Assembly: GCA_965202625.1 (NCBI GenBank)
Contig: CBDBBI010000010.1
Location: forward strand, 32,001 to 96,000
Source of the DNA: a bacterium
GTDB lineage: Bacteria > UBA8248
DNA: 64,000 nt
Reading direction: 5' to 3'
Position 1 is the stretch's first letter; each line of letters opens with the position of its first letter. The notes under the pieces were generated by a model, which worked only from the letters and a program-made list of their open reading frames with translations, was not told where the DNA came from and did not search any database. Position numbers and translations under genes: made by a program. Below, one piece after another: positions 18,223 to 29,007 of this stretch.

Positions 18223-20810
18223 TCGCTATGGGCGCGCTTTTGCGCCTTCTCGTCTGGCGTCGCCTGCGCGAGGAGCCGTTTCGCTTCCTGCTCACAACTC
18301 TGGGCATTGCGTTGGGCGTCGCAGTGTTCATCGCCATCAAACTCGCGAACGGAGCGGCCGTCCACGCGTTTCAGAGCAGTTTGACGGCGGTTTCCGGAGA
18401 AACGCATCTTGAGGTTTACGCGGGCGATCTGGGTGTGGATGAGGATTTGATTTTACGGCTTCGGGCGATGCGGGAAGTGAAGAGAGCCACGCCGGTCTTC
18501 CAGAGACACGTTTGGGCGCGGAGGGGCGGCGTCTCCGAGGCGAGGTGGCGACGCGGCGCCTCATCGCAAGGGCGGACGGTACTGGTCCTGGGGCTTGATC
18601 TGCTGGGGGACAGCGATTTCAGACGCTATGTGTTCGAGAAAAAGTATTCGCGCGAAGAGACGCTCTCGCGCATCGCCGACCCCCGGGGTTTGTTCATCGC
18701 CCGCGCTGCCGCCGATGCGCTGGGCGTCGGCCTAGGCGATTTCGTCGAACTCGAGGCCGCGCGGAGGGTGCGTTTGCGCGTTCGGGGAATCCTGAAGCCG
18801 AAGGGAGTGGCGAGGGCGATGGACGGCCGCCTCGTAGTGATGGACGTCGGCGTTGCGCAAGAGGCATTCGAGCTTTTCGGCCGTTTGGACCGCATCGATA
18901 TCATCCTCAAAGATGAAAGCGAAATCGCGCCGATTCGCAAGAAAATTCAAGGGTTTTTGCCGCTCGGGGCGGTGGTCGAGCGCCCTGCGCGACGCGGGCG
19001 CGACGTGGAGAAGATGTTGGCGTCGTTTCATCTGAATCTCACGGTGTTGAGCGTCATGGCGCTCCTGGTGGGTTGTTTTCTCATCTACAATGCGATGTCC
19101 GCCTCCGTATCAAGACGCAGGGGCGAGATCGCCACTCTGCGCTCGCTGGGTATGCGGGCGCGAGCGGTCCTGCTCCTGTATGGGGCAGAAGCGCTTTGTA
19201 TCGGCCTGGTCGGTTCGTGTCTGGGCGTCGCGCTTGGAGTGTTCATGGCGCAGGGCGCGCTTTTGGCGATCTCGCAGACGATCAGGAATCTCTACGCGTT
19301 TTTGGAGGTGGGCCACGTTCCCCTGGCGCCCGCTACGCTTCTTTCGGGGCTGGGCGTGGGGGCGGGAGTCTCTCTCGTTTCCGGAATTTTTCCGGCGGTT
19401 GCGGCGTCCCGCCAGACTCCCCACCAAGGCTTTGTGGACGGGCGGGGCAAAGTGGGAGCGCGTCCGGGCACCATCGTGATTTTGCTTGCAAGCGCCCTCG
19501 TCATGGCCCTCATCGCATACTGCCTGAGCCAGCAGGCGTGGAGAGGCGCGCCCCCTTTGCCCGGTTATCTATCGGCGGCGGCGGCCATTTTGGTCACCAC
19601 GCTCTCAAGCTTGCCGGTTGTTTTGCTCGGGGCTTTCGTTTTCAGGCGAATTCTGGGCGGAACCGCGAGGGGGTGGCTCGCCGCGCATAGCTTGGGGAGA
19701 CACCCGCATCGAAACGGCGTCACGCTCTCCTCGCTGGCGATCGCCGTGGCCATGCTGGTGAGCCTCATCGTTATGACAGAGAGTTTTCGCGCCACCGTAG
19801 AAATCTGGACCCGCCAGACGCTCAAGGCGGATTTCTACGCCGCCCCGGCCTCCCAGTTCATCCAGGGCTCCCGGGCGAGCTTTTCAGAGGATGTGCTTGA
19901 CGCGATACGAAGCGTTGAGGGCGTCGCGGCGGTCGATGGCTTCAGGGCCATACGACTGCCCTGGCGTGGGGAGCGCATCACTTTGGCCGGCAGTGATTTT
20001 CGCATCGTGGCCCGAAGGAGCCGACTGTTGTTTCTGCGTGGCGACTCGGAGGAGACGCTCGCGCGAGCGCGCTCGCGCGGCGAGGCGATCGTAACGGAGA
20101 CTTTCGCTAACGCGCACGGCGTGAGGGAGGGAGACGTCATTCGGCTTCCGGCCCCGGTGGGCGAGGTCGCGCTTCGGGTGGCGGGCGTCTATTACGATTA
20201 CACCACGGACCGGGGTTACGTCGTGGTCGATCGAGAGTTTTTGAAAAAACGTTGGCGAGACGCCCGCTTGAGTTCTGTGGCGATATATCTGAAAGAGAGC
20301 GCGCGACTCGAAGAGGTTCGCGAATCGCTGAACAACGTTCTGGACCCCACGATCGTCTTGATCTCCAACGCCGCCTTGAGAGAGCGCGTCTTGAGCGTGT
20401 TCGATCAGACGTTCGCCATCACATACGCGCTGGAGTTTGTCGCCGTTCTCGTGGCATTGTTCGGAGTCGCCACGGGTTTGAGTTCCAACGTCTTGGAGCG
20501 CGTCCACGAAATTGGCGCGCTGCGCGCGATGGGCCTTACCCAAAGGGGCGTCGCGTCCATCATCATGGGGGAGGCGGCCATTCTGGGAACGCTCTCGGTG
20601 TTGAGCGGCCTGGCCGCCGGGGCGTGCCTGGCTGCGGTTTTGGTGATCGTCATCAAGCAAAGTTTCGGCTGGACGATACAGTACGTTTTCTCATGGAAAG
20701 GGGTGGGCGTTTATCTTCTCGTCGTGGTCGCCGCCTCGCTGGCCGCAGGCTGGCTCCCCGCGAGAATCGCCGCGAGACTCCCCATTCGCGAGGCGATGAG
20801 CGCGGAATGA
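18219..20810 (+). CDS. ABC transporter permease with duplicated FtsX/MacB domains
   Basis: two repeats containing RRRGEIATLRSLG and ERVHEIGALRAMG. Confidence 0.92.
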   Translation: MIAMGALLRLLVWRRLREEPFRFLLTTLGIALGVAVFIAIKLANGAAVHAFQSSLTAVSGETHLEVYAGDLGVDEDLILRLRAMREVKRATPVFQRHVWARRGGVSEARWRRGASSQGRTVLVLGLDLLGDSDFRRYVFEKKYSREETLSRIADPRGLFIARAAADALGVGLGDFVELEAARRVRLRVRGILKPKGVARAMDGRLVVMDVGVAQEAFELFGRLDRIDIILKDESEIAPIRKKIQGFLPLGAVVERPARRGRDVEKMLASFHLNLTVLSVMALLVGCFLIYNAMSASVSRRRGEIATLRSLGMRARAVLLLYGAEALCIGLVGSCLGVALGVFMAQGALLAISQTIRNLYAFLEVGHVPLAPATLLSGLGVGAGVSLVSGIFPAVAASRQTPHQGFVDGRGKVGARPGTIVILLASALVMALIAYCLSQQAWRGAPPLPGYLSAAAAILVTTLSSLPVVLLGAFVFRRILGGTARGWLAAHSLGRHPHRNGVTLSSLAIAVAMLVSLIVMTESFRATVEIWTRQTLKADFYAAPASQFIQGSRASFSEDVLDAIRSVEGVAAVDGFRAIRLPWRGERITLAGSDFRIVARRSRLLFLRGDSEETLARARSRGEAIVTETFANAHGVREGDVIRLPAPVGEVALRVAGVYYDYTTDRGYVVVDREFLKKRWRDARLSSVAIYLKESARLEEVRESLNNVLDPTIVLISNAALRERVLSVFDQTFAITYALEFVAVLVALFGVATGLSSNVLERVHEIGALRAMGLTQRGVASIIMGEAAILGTLSVLSGLAAGACLAAVLVIVIKQSFGWTIQYVFSWKGVGVYLLVVVAASLAAGWLPARIAARLPIREAMSAE

Positions 20811-21922
20811 AAAAAAAGATCGCTTGCCTTTCGGTAATCATCGCCATCCTCGCTGGGAGCGCGGCGCGCGCGTATTCGGGGAGTTGGCGCCGGGCCCTTC
20901 CCGGCTATCGTTACCGCTTTCCCCGAGACCATGGCGCGCATCAGGAGTTCAAGACGGAGTGGTGGTATTTTTCCGGAAACTTGAAGGGCGCGCACGAGCG
21001 AAGATATGCGTTTATGCTCACGTTCTTCAGGACGGGGCTTCGGCCGGAAGCGCCTCGAAAATCAAGGAGCCGCTGGGCGTTGAGAAATCTGTATTTCGCG
21101 CACTTCTCTGTGTTGGACGCTAAGCGTGGCAGGCATCGGTTTTTCGAGCGATTCAGCCGAGGTGCTCTGGAGCAGGCGGGCGCGTCGGAGGAGGGTCTCG
21201 ACGTCTGGATTCGCGATTGGCGCGCCAAGAGCGTCGGTTCAGGAGACGCACTCTCGCTCAGCATAAGCGCGGCGGCCCCGGGGACGCAGTTGCGCCTCAC
21301 GCTCAAACCCCAAAAGCCCCTCGTGATTCACGGGGAGAGGGGGGTGCACCAAAAGGCGGAAGTTCCTGGCCGCGCCTCACACTATTATTCCTATTCCAGG
21401 CTCCTTGCCACCGGCGTTCTCGAAGTGGGGGGCGAAACCCTCAACGTGCGAGGCACCGTATGGATGGACCATGAATTCGGCTCTTCCCAGCTGACGAAAG
21501 ATCAGGTGGGGTGGGATTGGATGAGTCTCCAGTTGTCCGATGGCCGGGATTTGATGTTGTATCTTCTCAGGCGAAAGGACGGGAGCCTGGAGCCTTCGAG
21601 CGGCGGCACGCTGGTGGAGGCGGACGGGCGCGCGAGACGGCTGCGCCTCGGGGAATTCAGATTCAAGGTCACCGGCCGTTGGAGGAGCGAGAAAAGCGGG
21701 GCGGTATATCCCATAGAATGGGAGATAGATATCCCCGCCCACGACCTTCGCTTGCGGGTGCGTGCTTATTCCCACGCGCAGGAGATCGACTCCCGCTTTA
21801 CCATGATCATCTATTGGGAAGGGGGAGTTTTCGCCAAAAGCCTCTCTGGCGAGAACGATCTCACGGGTGCGGGATTCGTCGAGATGACGGGCTACGCCTC
21901 TAAGGGGCGGCCAAGGTTCTAG
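20807..21922 (+). CDS. secreted AttH/CrtC-like lipocalin-domain protein
   Basis: signal peptide, FPRDHGAH, TEWWYF, WMDHEF, YWEG, GFVEMTGY. Confidence 0.88.
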   Translation: MKKKIACLSVIIAILAGSAARAYSGSWRRALPGYRYRFPRDHGAHQEFKTEWWYFSGNLKGAHERRYAFMLTFFRTGLRPEAPRKSRSRWALRNLYFAHFSVLDAKRGRHRFFERFSRGALEQAGASEEGLDVWIRDWRAKSVGSGDALSLSISAAAPGTQLRLTLKPQKPLVIHGERGVHQKAEVPGRASHYYSYSRLLATGVLEVGGETLNVRGTVWMDHEFGSSQLTKDQVGWDWMSLQLSDGRDLMLYLLRRKDGSLEPSSGGTLVEADGRARRLRLGEFRFKVTGRWRSEKSGAVYPIEWEIDIPAHDLRLRVRAYSHAQEIDSRFTMIIYWEGGVFAKSLSGENDLTGAGFVEMTGYASKGRPRF

Positions 21923-21980
21923 TTTTTTCTTGAGGCGACCCCCCCCTCCGGGGGCGTTTTCAGGTGTGGGGAGATGTGCG

Positions 21981-22916
21981 ATGGCGGAGAAGGGCGGAAT
22001 CGGAATCATAGGTCTTGGCCTCATGGGAACGGCCATGAGCCAGAAGTTGATGGAGGCGGGATACCGCGTGCGCGGCTTCGACGTCGATCAGAGCAGGCTC
22101 GACGCGCTCGCCGCCGGCGGGGGTGTTCCTGCGGTATCTGCCGCCGAGGCGGCACAAGGGGCGGAGTTCGTGATCCTCTCCTTGCTCTACAGCCACGTCG
22201 TTCGCGAATCGTGTCTGGGCGCGGACGGCGTCACCGGCGCGGCCCAGGATGGCCTCATCGTCATCGACACGTCCACCTCCAGCCCTGACGAATCGCAAAG
22301 GCTCGGTGCGGACCTGCGCCGCGTGGGCGTCGGCTTTCTCGACGCGAGTCTGAGCGGTTCGCGCAACAATGTGCTGGAGGGGAACATCGTCTCTGTGGTC
22401 GGGGGAGAGGCGCGGGATTTCGAGGCGGCGCGGCCGGTGCTCGGAGCGTTCGCCCGCTCTATCCACCACGTGGGCCCCAACGGCGCCGGCGCCCGGACGA
22501 AGCTTGTCATCAACCTCGTCTTGGGCCTCACCCGCTTCGCCCTTGCGGAAGGACTGGTTCTGGGTATGAAGTCCGGGCTCGATATGGAGGGCTTGCTTGA
22601 TATGCTTCGGGACAGCGCGGCCTACAGCAAGGCCATGGACCAGCGCGGTCCCCGAATGATTCATGCGAATTACGAGAATCCGCTCTCCCGGGTGAAGCAG
22701 CACCACAAGGACGTGCGCCTCATGCTGGATCAGGGACAGAAGGTGGGCGCGCCCATGCTGCTCAGCGCGGTGCATCAGCAAGTGCTACAGGCCGCTGAGA
22801 TGGACGGGCTCGCCGACGCGGACACGGCGGCCATCATTGAGGTATTGAGGCGGATGGCGGGCATTCCCTCTCGCCAGGCGCGTGGGGAGGCTCACCCCGA
22901 TGGACGCGCGGGCTGA
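21981..22916 (+). CDS. 3-hydroxyisobutyrate dehydrogenase family oxidoreductase
   Basis: IGLGLMG, DASLSG, GAGARTKLVIN, KDVRL. Confidence 0.92.
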   Translation: MAEKGGIGIIGLGLMGTAMSQKLMEAGYRVRGFDVDQSRLDALAAGGGVPAVSAAEAAQGAEFVILSLLYSHVVRESCLGADGVTGAAQDGLIVIDTSTSSPDESQRLGADLRRVGVGFLDASLSGSRNNVLEGNIVSVVGGEARDFEAARPVLGAFARSIHHVGPNGAGARTKLVINLVLGLTRFALAEGLVLGMKSGLDMEGLLDMLRDSAAYSKAMDQRGPRMIHANYENPLSRVKQHHKDVRLMLDQGQKVGAPMLLSAVHQQVLQAAEMDGLADADTAAIIEVLRRMAGIPSRQARGEAHPDGRAG

Positions 22917-22918
22917 CC

Positions 22919-24511
22919 ATGAAAACAGCGTCGCCTGTTGAATTGAAGGAGTTGATGAAAAGCGGCGTCGCGCACGCGGTTCTTGATGTGCGCGACCCGA
23001 TGGAGTTTCATGAAAAGCAGATTTTCTGGACGACGAACGCCCCGCGCGGCGCCATCGAATTTTTGGCCTCGCGCCTTGTCCCCGTGAAGGCGACGCCGGT
23101 AGTTTGCCTGGACGAGGGAGGTCCCAGAGCCGGGCGCGTCGGTGCCCTTCTGGAGGAAGGAGGCTATGCGGACGTCCGGGTGCTGGATGGCGGATTGCGC
23201 GCGTGGGAGGCCCAGGGCTTTGTGACGGTCTCCGGCACCAACCTGCCGAGCAAGGATTTTGGCGAGCGGATTCACGTGGAGAACGACGTGCCGGAGATCA
23301 CCGCCATAGCGCTTTACGCGCTGATCGAGAGCGATACGCCCCCGCGCATATTCGACACGAGGACGGAGGCGGAATTCGAGCGCTTTTGCATTCCCACGGG
23401 GCGGAGCCTGCCCGGAGGCGAGCTTATCCTCCACGCCTGGGACTTGAACCAGGACAAGGAGACTCCGCTCGTCATCAACTGCGCGGGCCGCACCCGGAGC
23501 ATCATCGGGACACGGGCGCTTCACCGGCTCGGCGTGACGCACGCTCGCGCGCTGAAAAACGGAGGCATGGGCTTCATGCTGGAGGGCTTGCGGCTTGAGA
23601 AGGGAAAACCGAGTGAGGTCCCGACACCCTCTGAGAGGAGCCGCGCCCACGCAGAGGTGCTGGGGGTACGGGTGGCGGAGGAGGAGGGAATCCCCTTCGT
23701 GTCGGTTCCGGAGTTGATCCGCATGCAAGAGAGGTCGGAGAGCGAGACGGCGTATCTCCTTGACGTGCGCTTGGCGCCCGAGTTTGAGGCGGGCCACGTT
23801 CCGGGCGCGATCTCCATCCCCGGCGGACAGGCCGCGCAGCGCACGGACGAGGCGATAGCGGTGCGCTCCGCGCGAGTGGTAACCTATTGCGACAAGAATG
23901 CGCGCGGCGTCATGGCGGCTTATTGGCTGCGCCAGATGGGGCTCGACGTCAGCGTGCTGCGCGGAGGGTTCGAGGCGTGGCTGGAGGCGGGAGGGGCGAT
24001 AGAGAAAGAAGACGCCGCGTCCGCCGGAGAAGGCCCGGGCGAGGCGCAAGATGTTCTCCTCCTGACGGAGGCGCGGAAGCGGACCCGCGCCTACGCTCTC
24101 CAGGAGGCGCAGGCGGGAGCGAGCGACGCGATTCTGGACGTGGACCTGAGCGCTTCGTATGAGGGGGGACATCTGGCGGGCGCCGCCTGGGTCGCCAGGG
24201 GGTGGCTTGAGGAGCAGGCGTCTGCGCAAGTAGGCGACAAGAACGCGGCGGTGATGCTCGTCTGCGAGGATGGACGCAAATCCGCTTTGAGCGCGTTGAC
24301 GCTTCAAAGGCTCGGATACGCGAACGCGGGCTACCTCAAAGGCGGCAAGGGCGCCTGGCGAGCGGCGGGCCTTTCTCTACAAACGGGGTGCGCGGGCACA
24401 GCGGAGAAGCCAAAGGACGTTCAGCGCAAGCCATACGACATCGGTCGAGGCGCGATGGAGGATTATCTCGCATGGGAGGAAGATTTGGGGAGGAAATACG
24501 CGCGAGAATAA
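22919..24511 (+). CDS. four-domain rhodanese-like sulfurtransferase
   Basis: repeated LDVR / LDGG..AW units; active-site loop NCAGRTRS. Confidence 0.9.
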   Translation: MKTASPVELKELMKSGVAHAVLDVRDPMEFHEKQIFWTTNAPRGAIEFLASRLVPVKATPVVCLDEGGPRAGRVGALLEEGGYADVRVLDGGLRAWEAQGFVTVSGTNLPSKDFGERIHVENDVPEITAIALYALIESDTPPRIFDTRTEAEFERFCIPTGRSLPGGELILHAWDLNQDKETPLVINCAGRTRSIIGTRALHRLGVTHARALKNGGMGFMLEGLRLEKGKPSEVPTPSERSRAHAEVLGVRVAEEEGIPFVSVPELIRMQERSESETAYLLDVRLAPEFEAGHVPGAISIPGGQAAQRTDEAIAVRSARVVTYCDKNARGVMAAYWLRQMGLDVSVLRGGFEAWLEAGGAIEKEDAASAGEGPGEAQDVLLLTEARKRTRAYALQEAQAGASDAILDVDLSASYEGGHLAGAAWVARGWLEEQASAQVGDKNAAVMLVCEDGRKSALSALTLQRLGYANAGYLKGGKGAWRAAGLSLQTGCAGTAEKPKDVQRKPYDIGRGAMEDYLAWEEDLGRKYARE

Positions 24512-24559
24512 CCGCCGCACAGGCTTCCGTTTCCACTCAGGCGCGGCGAGCTGGGGGAG

Positions 24560-24982
24560 TCAGTATGTAGCGACTCTTTTCGCTTCCAGGGAGGCGATGA
24601 CCTCCATCTCCAGGTTTTCGTTGAAAATGCGCACCTGCTTAGGGATGGTAAACAAATCCACGAGCACCCATACGAACAATACGCACCCGGCGAGGGTGGC
24701 CAAGGCCGAGAAAAACAAAGAAAGGGAGCTCCGTGGGGCAGAGAAAAGCAAGGAAAAGATCAATATCAATGGAGCGATGATGTAAATCATGCCCATCTCG
24801 ATTTTGCCCAGATAAAACTTGTGCAAACCCAGCCAAGAACCGAGAAAACAAAGGCCATATGTGACGCCCGTTGATTTCCTTTGGCGGTCGAGTTCGATGC
24901 TCAGGATATGGAGTTCCCGCTCGCTCATCTCGTTTTTGAGTGTGATAAGCCTTTCGCTTTGGTTGATTATCGATGGTCTCAT
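24560..24982 (-). CDS. TM2 domain membrane protein
   Basis: RKS...YGLCFLGSWLGLHKFYLG and WVLVDLFTIP. Confidence 0.85.
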   Translation of the reverse strand: MRPSIINQSERLITLKNEMSERELHILSIELDRQRKSTGVTYGLCFLGSWLGLHKFYLGKIEMGMIYIIAPLILIFSLLFSAPRSSLSLFFSALATLAGCVLFVWVLVDLFTIPKQVRIFNENLEMEVIASLEAKRVATY

Positions 24983-25130
24983 CCTTTGATGTTCCCCTTC
25001 TCCTTTGCGCCCCATTCTTCGGCGGGGCGCTTCAAAAAATCAAAAAATATAGCAACGTTTCATGTGCTGTCCAACCTGCGGCGATGGAGGGGTGCGCGGC
25101 GGTGGGAGTGAGAAGCGGCGATCCTCGGCA

Positions 25131-27413
25131 TCAGCTTTTCTCCGCCTCCACGCGGTAGCTGTTGAAGGTGGCGTTTTCGTATTCCGACAGCGCGTCGCCA
25201 GTGATGTGATTGGCGGCGCCGTGCTCGGGTAGCCCGCCGGCGGGGACGTGCACGACCCCCCGGCGGATCCTCGCGCTCACCCTGGCCTCGAATACGGACT
25301 CGCCAAAGTCGTTTTTCAGACGCACCCGATCGCCGCTCATCACGCCTCGGACGGCGGCGTCCTCCGGGTGTAGGGTGGCGACGTTCCACCCGTGGCGTAA
25401 CAGCTTCGTCGCGTTGTTGAAGGTGGAACTCGCCCGAAAATAGGTTTTTGGCGTGATGAGGTGGAGGGGATAGCGTGCGTTTTCGCCCGGGGCGGCCTCC
25501 TCGGGCGAAAAATACGTGGGCGTGCGCTGCGCGAGTTCCTCGAAATAGATTTGCGCGCGCCTGTGAGGAGTGGCGAGCTCCCAATGCGGTACGCCTTCGG
25601 GAACCTCCAGCACGATCTGACCCTCTGCCTCCAGTTTGTCAAGTGTGACGTTCTTGAACCAGGGGAAGCGCGCGTCCACTCTCGCTGCCTCAAGGAGCTC
25701 CTCTATCCACTCCCTGGATGATTTCCAGGGGAAGCGCGCGCCATAGCCCATCTTCTCCGCCAAGCGGCAGACGATCTCAAAATCGTCCAGGGATTCTCCG
25801 CGCGGCGGCATGACTCCGGGCGTATAGAGGAGAACGTGCCTTGACCGCATCTCGGGAATCAGGTGATAGAAGGTGCCGCCCGTCTCCAGCCCCCCGGTGA
25901 TCGCGCAGCGTTCTAGCCAGGTGGAGGCAGGCAGAACCACGTCCGCGCATTTCGCCGTCGGCGTCATGAAAACGTCCACCACCGCGCAAAAGTCCAGAGA
26001 GCGCAGGGCGCGCTCGGTTTTGCGCGCGTCTCCTGCCTGGCCCACCGGGTTGCCCCACATCACCAGCGCGGCGTTCACGGGGCCGCCGTAGGAGTCCGGA
26101 TGGAGGATGGCCTCCCCAATCCGCCCTGCAGGGATGGTGCGCTTGACGGGATTGGGCACGGCCCATCGCTCCGTCATCACCTCCTTGAGGCCGGTTCCGT
26201 TTGCCTGAGGTGAGGAGAACCCCGCGCCTTGCGCCCCATGCCGCAGGACGCCGCCGAAGCCGCCCGTCATCAGGTTCAGGATGTGCAGCGCGCGAACAGC
26301 CTGCTCTCCATGAATGGCGCGCTGGTAGGAGCCGTAATAGACGACGACTTTCCCTTTCCGCATCGCGCGGGCGAGGTCTCGTACGTGCTGTTCCGGGACT
26401 CCGCATTCTTCCGCCGCGCGTGCGGGCGTCCATGGATCCGCGGCGTCCCTGAGACAATCGAGCGCGGTCCGGCATCGCGCGCCCTCCACCCGAAAGGTGC
26501 CGCTCAAGGCCGGTTGCGCGGCGGAGTCGAATGGTCGCGCCGAGGCGGTGCTCTCATCCCAGACGAGCGGCGCGCCGTCTGCCGTCCTGACGAACCGGCC
26601 GTTGTCCGCATCGACCAGAAACGCGGCGTTCGTCCTCTCTCGCAGGAAGGTCTCGTCAACGACCCCTTCGGAGAGAAGGAGCCTCAAAACGCCCAACGCC
26701 AGTGCCGCGTCCGTGGACGGGCGAATCGGCACGTGGACGTCGGCGAAGCGCTCCGCCGTGCGCGTCCGCATGGGATCGACCACGATGAAGCGTGTCCCCG
26801 CTCTCTTGGCGTCCTGAAGGGACTGAAGCAGGCCACGGTATCCCGTCTCCACCGGATTGTTTCCCCAAAGGACTATCCACTCGCAGTCCTCGTTCGGCTT
26901 GTTGCGCACCTGCCAATGGCCGAATACATCGTCGCTCGCGCCCAGAAAGGCTTTCCAGCAAAGGCTGCCGCGCAGGTATGGCTGCACGGCACCCCCCCAG
27001 AGGTTCAAAAGCCGCATGATGGTGGCGGGCTCGGCGTCCCGCCCTCCGGGCAGGGTGTGCTGGGCGGAATAGTGATACATCATGACGGATTCGTTTCCGC
27101 CCTTTTCCTTGGCCGCCTCCAGCCCTTGGGCGACCATCTCCAACGCCTCGTCCCAGCTCGTGCGCTCGAAGCGATTCGCTCCGCCTGGCCCCGCTCCCTT
27201 TTTCCCCACGCGCTTCATCGGGTGGAGAAGCCTGTCGGGATGGAGGTATCTCTCTGGTATCTGAAATCCCTTGATACAGGGCTTGATGCGCATTCTGGGG
27301 TTCGCCCTGAACGAGATGATAGCCCCTTGGTCGGTCTCGACCTCGAAGCTGCACGGGTAATTCCCGCAGTGCGGGGAGCAGACGGTGTGGGCTTTCCTGG
27401 GAGCGTCCGGCAT
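25131..27413 (-). CDS. solo molybdopterin oxidoreductase (DmsA-like, no Tat leader)
   Basis: CSPHCGNYPC..CIKG, PDRLLHPMKRVG, WGNNP, IRPSTD, ADVVLPASTWLE. Confidence 0.9.
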   Translation of the reverse strand: MPDAPRKAHTVCSPHCGNYPCSFEVETDQGAIISFRANPRMRIKPCIKGFQIPERYLHPDRLLHPMKRVGKKGAGPGGANRFERTSWDEALEMVAQGLEAAKEKGGNESVMMYHYSAQHTLPGGRDAEPATIMRLLNLWGGAVQPYLRGSLCWKAFLGASDDVFGHWQVRNKPNEDCEWIVLWGNNPVETGYRGLLQSLQDAKRAGTRFIVVDPMRTRTAERFADVHVPIRPSTDAALALGVLRLLLSEGVVDETFLRERTNAAFLVDADNGRFVRTADGAPLVWDESTASARPFDSAAQPALSGTFRVEGARCRTALDCLRDAADPWTPARAAEECGVPEQHVRDLARAMRKGKVVVYYGSYQRAIHGEQAVRALHILNLMTGGFGGVLRHGAQGAGFSSPQANGTGLKEVMTERWAVPNPVKRTIPAGRIGEAILHPDSYGGPVNAALVMWGNPVGQAGDARKTERALRSLDFCAVVDVFMTPTAKCADVVLPASTWLERCAITGGLETGGTFYHLIPEMRSRHVLLYTPGVMPPRGESLDDFEIVCRLAEKMGYGARFPWKSSREWIEELLEAARVDARFPWFKNVTLDKLEAEGQIVLEVPEGVPHWELATPHRRAQIYFEELAQRTPTYFSPEEAAPGENARYPLHLITPKTYFRASSTFNNATKLLRHGWNVATLHPEDAAVRGVMSGDRVRLKNDFGESVFEARVSARIRRGVVHVPAGGLPEHGAANHITGDALSEYENATFNSYRVEAEKS

Positions 27414-27577
27414 TATCCCCTCGTGGGCGTTAGAAACCCGACTTTACACGAGTCGTGCATCATTCTACCATAGAGACTCTTCTGCTTCTGAGCAAATATA
27501 GCGTTTGCGCATCATCATCACAGTACCGCGGCGCGGTCGCTTCCATTCACGTTTGACCCTTCAGGAGGTGAGAGAGA

Positions 27578-28765
27578 ATGGCTACAGGCGCAAAACCGAA
27601 AGGAAAGGCGGCGAGTCCCGAAAAGGAGGAGTTCACGCCGCCGACTTGGGACACGGAAATGCCCTTGCCGTCCAATCCGGAGGCGGGCGAGGACGCGAAC
27701 GACTACTACGTCATCGACTGCGAAGTTCACGTCATGCCCGAGGATTATCGGCGTTTCATCAAGTATTTCGAGGGTACCCAGACCTTCGAGTACGCGCACA
27801 AGATGTGCAACCAGTGGCAGTGGATCGACCATCGCAACAACAGGCAGTCGGCCATTCACCCAGGCATGGACTGGCACATCGACAAGATCATCGCCGACAT
27901 GAACCGCTCGGGCGTGGACCAAATCGCCCTGATGCGCGAGTCCTTCATTGATACGGCGGGCGACAGCGCGCCCTTCTCCACGAACCAGCACGTCATCGAC
28001 GCGATCGAGAAATATCCGGATCGCGTCATCGGCGTCTCCAACGTGGGGCCCTTCTCCAAGCGCAAGACGAAGGATTTTCTCTGGGAGATGGAATACCTGC
28101 ACGACAACTACAACTTCAAGTTCACCAAATTCTATCAGCCCGAGGACTGTCCCATCAACGACCGCCGGCTCTGGCCAGCCTACGAGATGTGCCAGGATAA
28201 GGGAATCGTCGCTTTCTTCCACACCGGCATCACCATCCGGATGGGGCCCACGCGCTACACCCTTCCCATTCTGCTGGACGAGGTGGCGTCCGATTTTCCG
28301 GACCTCAAGATCGTGGCCTATCACGGCGGTTATCCTTACTGGGAAGACCTCGTCATGCTGCTCTGGAAGCACCCGAACGTCTACGTGAGCTACTCGATTC
28401 TTCTCCCCTGGCTCATGCGCGCTCCCCATCGCTTCGCCCACATGGTCGGCACCACGCTGCAAATCGCCGGGCCGGGCCGCTTCGTCTGGGGAAGCGACTG
28501 GCCGGCTTCGGATCCCTATCAATCCGTCGAGGCGGTGCTGAAACTCCACATCGACGACGAGTTGCAGGAGAAGTGGGGCTATCCCGCCATCACGAAGCAG
28601 GACAAGGCGGACTTCCTGGGTGGTACGCTCGCGCGGCTTGCGGGCATTGATGCGAAGAAAAACCACCTGAAATTCCCCGGCATGAACGGGGCGCCTACAG
28701 GGAAAACGCCGGAGGGCGACATCACTCGCCGCATCATGGCACAGCAGAAGGGGAAGGCGGAATAA
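27578..28765 (+). CDS. amidohydrolase family (Amidohydro_2) protein
   Basis: IDCEVH, FFHTG, FPDLKIVAYHGG, WGSDWP; strong RBS. Confidence 0.9.
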   Translation: MATGAKPKGKAASPEKEEFTPPTWDTEMPLPSNPEAGEDANDYYVIDCEVHVMPEDYRRFIKYFEGTQTFEYAHKMCNQWQWIDHRNNRQSAIHPGMDWHIDKIIADMNRSGVDQIALMRESFIDTAGDSAPFSTNQHVIDAIEKYPDRVIGVSNVGPFSKRKTKDFLWEMEYLHDNYNFKFTKFYQPEDCPINDRRLWPAYEMCQDKGIVAFFHTGITIRMGPTRYTLPILLDEVASDFPDLKIVAYHGGYPYWEDLVMLLWKHPNVYVSYSILLPWLMRAPHRFAHMVGTTLQIAGPGRFVWGSDWPASDPYQSVEAVLKLHIDDELQEKWGYPAITKQDKADFLGGTLARLAGIDAKKNHLKFPGMNGAPTGKTPEGDITRRIMAQQKGKAE

Positions 28766-28801
28766 CCCGCCCCGGCGCTTGCGGAGGCGGCGCAGAGCGT
28801 G

Positions 28802-28833
28802 AAGCCCCGCCCGGTGCCCGGGCGGGGCTTTTT
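28802..28833 (+). terminator. rho-independent terminator
   Basis: AAGCCCCGCCCGG-tgc-CCGGGCGGGGCTT followed by a T run. Confidence 0.8.
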
Positions 28834-29007
28834 ATGGAAAATTTCCGGACTATGCAAGCTTTGGGGCAGCCTTGGACTTTAGAGAATTCAGGGACCTCCC
28901 TCCTTGCAGGCGCGCCTGAGAGGCGTATCCATTTGGTCGTCTTTTGAGGTCGCCGCGCCACTATTCGAAAAGACGCCGTGCGGCGGGGAGCCTGTTGCCG
29001 ACGACGC

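Noticed and set aside
20252-20806. N-terminal extension of the AttH ORF
   Set aside because: It overlaps the permease; the real start is the signal-peptide Met at 20807.
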